24,414 bases of DNA from an uncultured Deinococcales bacterium (GTDB lineage Bacteria > Deinococcota > Deinococci > Deinococcales > JAAFIG01). Position 1 is the stretch's first letter. Every line of letters begins with the position of its first letter. Made by a program: the position numbers and the translations under genes. Under the pieces are notes generated by a model, which saw only the letters and a list, made by a program, of their open reading frames with translations, was not told where the DNA came from and searched no databases. Of the stretch, positions 17,668 to 24,414 are shown piece after piece. The stretch spans positions 1 to 24,414 of the forward strand of contig CAXTTL010000047.1 of NCBI GenBank assembly GCA_964247135.1, given 5' to 3'.

Positions 17668-18858
17668 TTACTTTAAGAGCGCCGGAAAATCCTTCAAATC
17701 GGGGTCTTTGCGAAGTTCATCCATGAAGGTGTTGTACGCCGCCTTGGGGAAGCTGTATTTGAATGTTAGGGACTTGGCAAAGCACTTGCGGTCTGGGTAA
17801 TACTTGCAAATTGTTTCTGGTGTGACCATCACATGGCTGACCAAAACACCGGCTGGAACGGGTTTGCCCGCCAAGGTCATCAGTGAGAGCGGGATCAGGT
17901 AATTGCCGTAATTTTCTGGGAAAAACCCAACCGAGGCGATAAATTGATCCTCGCCCACCAGCGTGTCCAACTCGTCTGCGCCCATGCCGACCGCCAAGAA
18001 ATCAGCCAAACGATTCGCCGATTTTGCGGCTTGCAACATGCCTTTGGTGGCTTGGTCATTGATCGCAATGGCAATGATCGGCGAGCCTTGCGGAATGCGC
18101 CCAAGCACGTTGGTCATCTGCTTAAACGATTCCTCGAGCGTGTTTTTGGTGTCAATCTTGATGAGGTGATCGCTGGGCAAGCTCTTGAGGACGGCTTTGA
18201 TGCCGCGTTCTTGACCGTCGGTGCGCATTTTGGGCACAACACCCGATTGCGGCAATTCGCCAATCACGGCGTAGGCTTGGTTGGCTTTGGCAGCCCCCCA
18301 TTTGCTGACCGCACCCGTCGCCAGGTAACTGCCTCCCAAGAAACCGCTGTAGGGGTTGTTCGCCCCAAAGAAGGTGGCGTCGCCCATCGGAATGTCAATT
18401 GCCACCACCGGAATTTTTACGGCGTTCATTTTTTGCATGATCTGAGCGCCGAAATTCGCGTCGGTCTGAAATTCGATCACAAAGTCAACATTGCGCTGAA
18501 TAAAGCTTTCGGCAACTTGCAGCGCGGTCGCGCCAGACAGGCGATTGTCACCGACCACCAGTTCGATCCCCGCCGCGTCTGCGTTGCGTTTGATGCCCGT
18601 TTCGACCAGCGCACAGAACGGAATGTCGCGTTGCAAATTGGCAAAACCGATCACATAATTTTTGCCGTTGCGCGGCGGACGGTTTTTGGTGGCTGCCGCA
18701 ATCATCGATTTAAAAGCGCCGCTCGAGAGTTGCTTGCCCGAAAATTTGCTCGGGTCAAAACCAAAGAAATTTTCTGCCAGTGCCGTGGCAAGAATGCCGA
18801 CGAGTGCGAGACTGAGAACGACACGCCAAATACCCAGGGTTTGAATTCCACGGTTCAT
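17668..18858 (-). CDS. Sugar ABC transporter substrate-binding protein (periplasmic binding protein type 1), 396 aa
   Basis: ATG at 18858 with GGAGG RBS. Sec signal ending ATALA; IPVVAIDIPM..ATFFGANN..G..GG; IND...GML.A. Confidence 0.9.
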   Translation of the reverse strand: MNRGIQTLGIWRVVLSLALVGILATALAENFFGFDPSKFSGKQLSSGAFKSMIAAATKNRPPRNGKNYVIGFANLQRDIPFCALVETGIKRNADAAGIELVVGDNRLSGATALQVAESFIQRNVDFVIEFQTDANFGAQIMQKMNAVKIPVVAIDIPMGDATFFGANNPYSGFLGGSYLATGAVSKWGAAKANQAYAVIGELPQSGVVPKMRTDGQERGIKAVLKSLPSDHLIKIDTKNTLEESFKQMTNVLGRIPQGSPIIAIAINDQATKGMLQAAKSANRLADFLAVGMGADELDTLVGEDQFIASVGFFPENYGNYLIPLSLMTLAGKPVPAGVLVSHVMVTPETICKYYPDRKCFAKSLTFKYSFPKAAYNTFMDELRKDPDLKDFPALLK

Positions 18859-18896
18859 AATGCCTCCGACTTTCAGTGCGGCAACAATTTTTTCGG

Positions 18897-18970
18897 TCTG
18901 GTGGTCAGACCAAAGATATTCTGTTACAGTGTCTGTTGTCAAGAGGTCAGTGTTCTGGTGGTCAAACCAA
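18897..18970. promoter_or_regulatory. Two FadR-type operators flanking a sigma70-type promoter for the minus-strand operon
   Basis: Direct repeat TCTGGTGGTCARACCAA at 18897-18913 and 18954-18970, containing TGGTCAGACCA (18902-18912) and TGGTCAAACCA (18959-18969), which fit the FadR-subfamily TGGT-N3-ACCA consensus. Minus-strand TTGACA (18942-18937), 18-bp spacer, TATCTT (18918-18913). Confidence 0.75.
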
Positions 18971-19060
18971 TTCTCGAGCAAATTGAGATTCTGGTTTTGT
19001 TTTGTCAGTGCCAAAAAAAACCGTCCAGAGAACAATTAAAGCCGTATCTAAGGAGAAAAA

Positions 19061-20500
19061 ATGTTAACCCGAAAACCCGCCATCAAAGCTCGAGTTGGTG
19101 TTTTTGGCATCGGACTTGCCGCCTACTGGTCGCAATTTGAAGGACTCAAACCTCGGCTCGAGGGATACCAAAACGAGGTCGAACATCAAATCGCCAACGC
19201 TGGCGCGGACATCATCAGCGCAGGGTTGGTGGACGACGCCCCCAGCGCCCAAAAAGCCAGCGACCTGTTCGCCCGCTCGGACCTGGATTTGCTGATCTGC
19301 TATGTCGGCACGTATGCCACCTCGAACACGGTTTTGCCCGTGGTGCAACGCAGCCACGCCAACGTTCTGGTCTTGAACTTGCAACCCGTTGCCGCACTCG
19401 ATTACGAAAATACCGACACCGCCGAGTGGTTGGCAAACTGCTGCGCCTGCTGCGTTCCAGAAATCTCGAACGCCCTGGCTCGCGCCCGAATCGATTTTAA
19501 CGTCGTCTCAGGAAGGCTGTACGGCGACCCTCGAGCCTGGACGCGGATTGCCAACTGGGTTCGAGCCGCCGGTGTCAAGCGTACACTGAGCAAAAGCCGC
19601 ATCGGATTTTTGGGTCACACCTACCCAGGAATGCTCGACATGTACTCCGATTTCACGATGGTTCAGGCTCAAACGGGCGCCCATGTCGAAGTGCTCGAGA
19701 TGGACGACCTCGAAGTGCGGGTCAACGCGGTCAATCCCAGTGACCTCGAGGCGAAAAAGCTCGAGATTCGTGAGGTTTTTCAAATTGCCGAAGCTGGACG
19801 CGACAAGATCAGTATGCCGATCACGCCAGAACGTTTTGATTGGAGTGCCAGGGTTGCCTGCGGTTTGGATCGTCTGGTGACCGATTTTGACTTGGATGGT
19901 CTGACGTACTATTACCGTGGTTGGGAGGGCAATGTTTTTGAACAACTCGGGGCTGGTCTGATCGTTGGCAATTCGTTGCTGACCGCCAAAGGTGTCCCTG
20001 CCAGCGGCGAGGGCGACCTCAAAACCTGCCTCGCCATGAAAATCCTCGATTGCCTGAATGCGGGCGGCTCGTACACCGAATTTTACGCGATGGACTTTAC
20101 CCAAAATTTTATCCTGATGGGACACGACGGACCCGCCCATGTTGCCATCAGCAATGAAAAACCCATTCTGCGCGGACTGGGCTTGTACCACGGCAAACGC
20201 GGTTACGGCATCAGCGTCGAGTGCCAAGTCAAAACCGGTCCGATCACCATCCTCGGCATGACCCAAACCGCCGAGGGCAAACTCAAAATGTTGGCAGCCG
20301 AAGGCGAGAGTCTTTCGGGCGCGAGACTTCAGATCGGCAACACCAACTCGAGACTGCGTTTTAAACTCGACCCAGCCGAATTTATGGATGCCTGGTGTTT
20401 GGAGGGACCAACGCATCATGTGGCGCTGGGCGTCGGGCATCAGGTCGAAAAAATTCGCAATTTCGCAAGGGTTTCAAACCTCGAGCTTGTCGTGATTTAG
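19061..20500 (+). CDS. L-fucose/L-arabinose isomerase family protein
   Basis: AGGAG RBS; GHTYPGMLDMYSD, ASGEGD, SYTEFY, LMGHDGPAH and GPTHHVALGVGH metal-ligand motifs; 479 aa. Confidence 0.85.
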   Translation: MLTRKPAIKARVGVFGIGLAAYWSQFEGLKPRLEGYQNEVEHQIANAGADIISAGLVDDAPSAQKASDLFARSDLDLLICYVGTYATSNTVLPVVQRSHANVLVLNLQPVAALDYENTDTAEWLANCCACCVPEISNALARARIDFNVVSGRLYGDPRAWTRIANWVRAAGVKRTLSKSRIGFLGHTYPGMLDMYSDFTMVQAQTGAHVEVLEMDDLEVRVNAVNPSDLEAKKLEIREVFQIAEAGRDKISMPITPERFDWSARVACGLDRLVTDFDLDGLTYYYRGWEGNVFEQLGAGLIVGNSLLTAKGVPASGEGDLKTCLAMKILDCLNAGGSYTEFYAMDFTQNFILMGHDGPAHVAISNEKPILRGLGLYHGKRGYGISVECQVKTGPITILGMTQTAEGKLKMLAAEGESLSGARLQIGNTNSRLRFKLDPAEFMDAWCLEGPTHHVALGVGHQVEKIRNFARVSNLELVVI

Positions 20501-20742
20501 AAATCTCGAGGTAATGTATCGAAAGGGACGCATGAGGATATTTTGCCCAAGATTCGGGAACGCAAAATGGTTGTCGTTGGTGGGTAACAAAACATTTCGT
20601 GTTTCAGACGTTAAATCCGTGACAATTGCACTTTCGAGCCACTCGAGTTTCAGCCCATCGCTGTGTTATTGCCGAGCAAGGCTTGGGCAGAGTTTGTTGC
20701 CGCACAAACCTTTGCGTTGGGTATCGATACGTGGTTTTGAAT

Positions 20743-21849
20743 TTATTTGAACGTCGCCACTCGATTGCTCAGCGTGTGAATTAAATCGTCTTTCATGCTC
20801 ACGCCAATCCCGATTCCCTCGAGCGGGTGCGTGATGCCGTTCACCATGACAATTTCAGGTTCGATGATGTCTTCGTGCCAGTACCTCGAGCTTGGTGCGG
20901 TGTCTGACGCCAGATTAAATCCAGCTTGGGTTTGCATGGCAACGTTGTGCGCCCGTCCCACGCCACTCTCGAGCATTCCGCCAGCCCAAAGGTCAATGCT
21001 ATTTTCCAAACAGTACTTGGCAATGCGTTGCGACTCGAGATGCCCGCCGACCCGCCCAAGTTTGAGGTTGATCACCCTGCCCGACCCAAGTTGTTTGGCT
21101 TTGCGCACATCGCCGACGCTGTGAATCGGTTCGTCGAGGCAAATCGGGGTTTTGATTTGTTTTTGGAGCGTCGCGTGATCGACCAGATCGTCGTACTCGA
21201 GGGGTTGTTCCATGTACTGCATTCCGATATCGTCAAGGGCTTTTAAAACCTCGAGGTCATCCAGGGTGTAGGCGCTGTTGGCGTCGCTGGTTAATTTCGT
21301 TTCGGGTTTTAAGGCGGCTCGAGCGGCGGTGACGAACGCCACATCGCGCCCTGGACCAATTTTGAGTTTGATGCGTTTGTAACCTTGTGCCTCCTGCTCG
21401 AGCACGAATTCTGCCAGCGCTTCGGGACTTTTCTTGATGCCCACGCTGATACCGACGGGCATGTCGGTGTGAACGCCGCCAAGGTACTTCCAGAGCGGCA
21501 GGTTCGCGGCTTTGGCTGCCAAATCCCAGAGCGCCATCTCGAGTCCGCCTTTGGTGAAATGATTGCCGCGAATGGGGTGCAAGATCGGCTCGAGGTCACC
21601 AGGATGCTCAAATGATTTGCCCAACACCCTCGGCACGATCACATCCTCGAGGATGCTCCAGGCGGTGTCGGTGGTTTCGTGGTTGTACCCTGGCGTTTCA
21701 CCGCAGGCAACCTCGCCAATGCCAAAAAGACCTTCAGAAAAGACGCTGACCAGAACCATGCGCCGCTCGGTGGTGACACCAAATGAAGTCTCGAAAGGTT
21801 GTTTGAGTTCCATGCGAATTTCGCGCAGTTCGATTCGGTCAATCTTCAT
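20743..21849 (-). CDS. menC: o-succinylbenzoate synthase / N-acylamino acid racemase (enolase superfamily, NSAR/OSBS subfamily), 368 aa
   Basis: PFETSFG, KRIKLKI, DANSAY, EQP, LDEPI, INLKLGRVGG, GGMLESGVGRAHN. Leaderless-type start at 21849. Confidence 0.85.
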   Translation of the reverse strand: MKIDRIELREIRMELKQPFETSFGVTTERRMVLVSVFSEGLFGIGEVACGETPGYNHETTDTAWSILEDVIVPRVLGKSFEHPGDLEPILHPIRGNHFTKGGLEMALWDLAAKAANLPLWKYLGGVHTDMPVGISVGIKKSPEALAEFVLEQEAQGYKRIKLKIGPGRDVAFVTAARAALKPETKLTSDANSAYTLDDLEVLKALDDIGMQYMEQPLEYDDLVDHATLQKQIKTPICLDEPIHSVGDVRKAKQLGSGRVINLKLGRVGGHLESQRIAKYCLENSIDLWAGGMLESGVGRAHNVAMQTQAGFNLASDTAPSSRYWHEDIIEPEIVMVNGITHPLEGIGIGVSMKDDLIHTLSNRVATFK

Positions 21850-21855
21850 AACATC

Positions 21856-21861
21856 AGCATA
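21856..21861 (-). promoter_or_regulatory. -10 box TATGCT 6 nt before the ATG (leaderless promoter)
   Basis: TATGCT-GATGTT-ATG, no SD. Confidence 0.6.
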
Positions 21862-21924
21862 ACGCAATGTGTCCCAAATGACGCGAATTCAGTGTCTTTC
21901 AACACGCAAAATTTAAACTCGAGA

Positions 21925-21933
21925 TGATAGATT
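21925..21933 (+). promoter_or_regulatory. Extended -10 TGaTAGATT 6 nt before the ATG (leaderless promoter)
   Basis: TGA-TAGATT-TAAACC-ATG. Confidence 0.6.
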
Positions 21934-21939
21934 TAAACC

Positions 21940-22194
21940 ATGATCAAGATGTACACAACCAGTTGGTGCGGTGATTGCCGCGTGACCAAACGCGTGCTCG
22001 AGCAACGCGGACTCGAATTTATTGAGATCAACATCGAAGAAAACCCTGAAGCCGCCGAGTACGTCATGAGCGTCAACGGTGGACGGCGCAGCGTGCCGAC
22101 CCTCGAGTTTAACGGCGATGCGGCAAGCATGAGCAATTTCAACCGTGTGAAACTGGATGCTTGGCTTGTCAAAAACGGTTTGATCTCGGCTTAA
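21940..22194 (+). CDS. Glutaredoxin-like protein (mycoredoxin/NrdH-like)
   Basis: YTTSWCGDC CxxC motif, INIEENPEAA, NGGRRSVPT cis-Pro motif; 84 aa. Confidence 0.88.
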   Translation: MIKMYTTSWCGDCRVTKRVLEQRGLEFIEINIEENPEAAEYVMSVNGGRRSVPTLEFNGDAASMSNFNRVKLDAWLVKNGLISA

Positions 22195-22210
22195 AATTTG
22201 GTTTGGTTTG

Positions 22211-22240
22211 AAGGCTCGAGTGTAATGCTCGGGCTTTTTT
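22211..22240 (+). terminator. Intrinsic terminator after the glutaredoxin-like gene
   Basis: AAGGCTCGAG-TGTAATG-CTCGGGCTTT stem with G-U pairs, ending in a T6 run, between convergent genes. Confidence 0.7.
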
Positions 22241-22252
22241 ATGTTCAAAAAT

Positions 22253-22579
22253 TCATTCACCTGTGGCAAAACCTGTGTACTGCCGTTTGTAAGGCGCATG
22301 AAATCCCAACACAATTTTGTCTTTGGGAATTCCAGCGTTGACCAGTGCTTCAGCCACGCGATAATCGGTGTTGTCCTCTTGAACCCAGACCAGGTCGTTT
22401 TTAACATCAATTTGCACCACGATGCCATAGGTACGTTTTGTGCCTTGCCAGCCAGAAACGATCACTTGATAATGGTGTCTTTCTTTGTCCAGGACAAGTT
22501 GATACTCAAGTTCGGGAGGGTTGCCTGGTTTGGCAATGTCTTCGAGGATTGATTGAATAATTTTAGAATAATTCTTCAC
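22253..22579 (-). CDS. xisI: XisI family protein
   Basis: D.ERHHYQV...GW....R.YG.....D.KND.VWVQED.T....AEALV.AGIPKDKIVLGFHAPYKRQYTGFA matches the XisI pattern; GTG start with GAGGAG upstream. Confidence 0.88.
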   Translation of the reverse strand: MKNYSKIIQSILEDIAKPGNPPELEYQLVLDKERHHYQVIVSGWQGTKRTYGIVVQIDVKNDLVWVQEDNTDYRVAEALVNAGIPKDKIVLGFHAPYKRQYTGFATGE

Positions 22580-22980
22580 TGACGATCAACTCCTCAGGGG
22601 CGTTGTAGACCAAAATGTTGAGCTTGAATTCTTTGAGGATGATTTGGGTAAATTGACGTTGAAAGAATGTTTGAAAGACATCATCTGGTACAGCAAGATA
22701 GAGTTTGTGTTCTGGATATAATAAGCGTAATGCGGCGCGGTAATTCAAGTATTGTCCAAGTACGCTGTGAAATTCATGGGTGTTTGACGCTTCCGTAAAA
22801 CCTTTGACCTCCACCGATGTACCGCTTGTTGCGCTCTGCAACAAGTAAGCGTTCCGCCCCAAGGTCAATCAGCATGGTTGTATCTGTACCCAATGCCAAC
22901 TTCAATGGATCGTGCGTGATGCGCCAACCGTCCTTCTCGAGCGCGTGTCGTACTGCGTTATGGAAAGCATCTCGAGCCAT
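22563..22980 (-). pseudogene. xisH: XisH family (PD-(D/E)XK nuclease-like) gene, frameshifted at ~22815
   Basis: The N-half MARDAFHNAVRHALEKDGWRITHDPL...IDLGAERLLVAER and the C-half VEVKGF...EFHSVLGQYLNYR.AL....PEHKLYLAVP are in different frames. The span is 418 nt (3n+1). Confidence 0.85.
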
Positions 22981-23045
22981 AATCCAGTTTATAACGGAGT
23001 GGTTCAATTTTGGGTTGTTGATCCTTATGCTGGTAATCTCGAGTC

Positions 23046-23390
23046 ATGCGAATTGAGATGAAAGCTGGCGTCATTCACTTTAACGCGGGAGAATACTGGG
23101 ACGCCCATGAAGTCTGGGAAATCCCCTGGAACGCCGCGAAATCTCGAGGAGACACGGTTGAAGCCGCTTATGCGCAAGGTTTGATCTTGCTGGCGGCAGC
23201 CATTCACAAACGCCGCCATTACCAGAACCTTCGGGGTGGGCAACTCAATTACGCCAAAGCCCTCAAAAAACTCGAGCTTGTGCCGCACGGTTACGCGCTC
23301 GAGCATGACGGCTTTGATCTTGAAGCCTTCAAACTCGAGGTGTTGGCAGCACTCGAGGATGCCGAATTGTTCCCGCAGTTGCCAGTTTAA
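23046..23390 (+). CDS. DUF309 domain-containing protein
   Basis: G..HFNAGEYWDAHEVWE..W...QGLI.LAAA.H; TGgTAATCT 6 nt upstream of the ATG. Confidence 0.85.
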   Translation: MRIEMKAGVIHFNAGEYWDAHEVWEIPWNAAKSRGDTVEAAYAQGLILLAAAIHKRRHYQNLRGGQLNYAKALKKLELVPHGYALEHDGFDLEAFKLEVLAALEDAELFPQLPV

Positions 23391-23416
23391 TGCCTTTAAC
23401 GCGGTAGAATATTAGG

Positions 23417-24163
23417 ATGGCTTCACGGTATCGAACACGCTCTGGAATTGTGGTTCGGCGAAACGTCACCCCAGCCGGTGATGTCATTCTTGATTTGCTC
23501 ACCCCTGAAGGGAAACTGCGCGGTGTTGCACGGGGTGGCGTCAAAGGCTCGAGATCGCCACGTTTGAATTTGTTCCAGCATTTGACCGTGCAGACCTATG
23601 AAAAACCTGGCAACGACCTTGCCACGCTCTCCGAAATCATGCTCGAGGGCGCACTGCCTGGACTCTCGAGTCCGGATGTGTACCCGTTCGCGCATTTTTT
23701 GTGCGAACTCGCCGACAAGCTGTACCAAGAAGAGGATTTTGTCGGGCAGGCGGGTTTTGAATTGTTTACGGGCGGTTTGCGCGGTTTGGTGCGCCACGCC
23801 GACCCTGACCGCATCACGCTCTTGATCGCCTGGAAACTGCTGGCGCTGCACGGCATGTACCCTCGGGTTTCAAGCTGCATTGAAACGGGTGATTTTGAAA
23901 ACCTCACGCATTTTGACGCGGGTCAAGGCGGCGTCACCAGCGCTCGGGTTGGGCGGGGTTTGAACATCGGCGAGGATGCGATTGAGGAACTCGGCAACAT
24001 CGCCAGGGGAACGGTGCGCGAGGTTCTCGAGGAAGAACTTTCCGACAGCGCTCGGGCGGGCTTGTGGTTGGCGCTCGAGGCTTACTTAGGGGTACATGTC
24101 AGCATCTTGCAGGCTTGGGGCGCGGTCAAATTGATGCGCTCGAGCGGGTTGCAGTTGGCTTAA
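23417..24163 (+). CDS. recO: DNA repair protein RecO
   Basis: RSGIVVRRNVTPAGD....LLTPEGKL..VARGGVKG...LNLF..., LEGALP.L, ELADKLYQE closely resemble D. radiodurans RecO as I recall it; TAGAAT 6 nt upstream of the ATG. Confidence 0.93.
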   Translation: MASRYRTRSGIVVRRNVTPAGDVILDLLTPEGKLRGVARGGVKGSRSPRLNLFQHLTVQTYEKPGNDLATLSEIMLEGALPGLSSPDVYPFAHFLCELADKLYQEEDFVGQAGFELFTGGLRGLVRHADPDRITLLIAWKLLALHGMYPRVSSCIETGDFENLTHFDAGQGGVTSARVGRGLNIGEDAIEELGNIARGTVREVLEEELSDSARAGLWLALEAYLGVHVSILQAWGAVKLMRSSGLQLA

Positions 24164-24402
24164 CCGATTGCGGGTGTTGTATCGCCCGCCTCAACAGCTC
24201 GCGGTTCAATACTTGCCTTCGCCATGATTTGCTCGAGTTGCGCTTGTGTCACCATGCCAGTCTCGAGTTTGTTGGTTTTTGGATTTTTCTTGTTGTCGAG
24301 CGTGATCTCAACCAACTCGAGCACGATGGTTTCAGGGTGTCCGTCTGGGGTCGAACGGGCGTTCAAATCGATTTTGGGTGCTGGCAAGGTTTCCCGAGTC
24401 AT
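24160..24402 (-). CDS. Hypothetical protein (80 aa), probably the last gene of an operon entering from the right edge
   Basis: The ATG overlaps an upstream TGA (TGATG, 24404-24400), and the stop overlaps the recO stop (TTAA). No family recognised. Confidence 0.5.
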   Translation of the reverse strand: MTRETLPAPKIDLNARSTPDGHPETIVLELVEITLDNKKNPKTNKLETGMVTQAQLEQIMAKASIEPRAVEAGDTTPAIG

Positions 24403-24414
24403 CAGTCTTCCAGC

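Noticed and set aside
18859-19035. 59-aa N-terminal extension of the SBP
   Set aside because: It runs through the promoter and operators. ATG 18858 has GGAGG and begins a signal peptide.
20501-20742. ncRNA or small ORF (20514-20750) in the convergent gap
   Set aside because: Only short weak hairpins (e.g. GTTTGT-N6-ACAAAC) are present, with no RBS and no recognisable family.
20743-21849. menC-like gene as part of the sugar pathway or of a menaquinone operon
   Set aside because: It is convergent to the cluster with its own leaderless-type promoter, has no FadR operator and has no men genes nearby. It may act as an N-succinyl/acyl amino acid racemase.
22800-22830. Programmed ribosomal frameshift in xisH
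   Set aside because: There is no slippery heptamer or homopolymer at the junction. A 2-nt deletion or a sequencing error is simpler.
22221-22935. Absence of CTCGAG across xisI/xisH as proof of foreign origin
   Set aside because: Gaps of similar or greater length occur in other genes (about 2407-3407 and 15498-16191), so this gap alone is not significant.
1-24414. CRISPR array, tRNA/rRNA, IS or integrase
   Set aside because: No regularly spaced repeats, cloverleaf or rRNA-like segments, or transposase/recombinase motifs were seen. CTCGAG spacing is irregular.

Overview
Bacterial chromosomal window, very probably Deinococcota. This rests on a Deinococcus-type RecO, a Deinococcus-type lipoprotein domain, and five genes with a TAnnnT box 5-6 nt before the ATG and no strong canonical SD. 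Left to right: (1) three minus-strand surface lipoproteins, one with delta-60-type repeats and two tandem paralogous Kelch + Ig-like + FN3 proteins, each paralog preceded by a conserved ~300 bp non-coding block with twin palindromes. (2) A 12-gene FadR/GntR-regulated sugar uptake and catabolism cluster: ABC transporter, Gfo/Idh/MocA oxidoreductase, TIM-barrel isomerase/epimerase, SDR, an unknown Cys-rich protein, an acetoacetate-decarboxylase-family protein, a rhamnose-mutarotase-family protein, a D-2-hydroxyacid dehydrogenase and a divergent L-fucose/L-arabinose-isomerase-family gene. It has no kinase or classical aldolase and matches no pathway I recognise. (3) Housekeeping-like genes (OSBS/NAAAR, glutaredoxin-like, DUF309, recO) interrupted by an xisH(frameshifted)-xisI pair. 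The palindrome CTCGAG occurs about 150 times by manual count, roughly 20-fold above chance. GTAG-type REP elements lie in intergenic gaps. No rRNA, tRNA, CRISPR array or transposase was seen. All family assignments come from motif recognition, not database searches.
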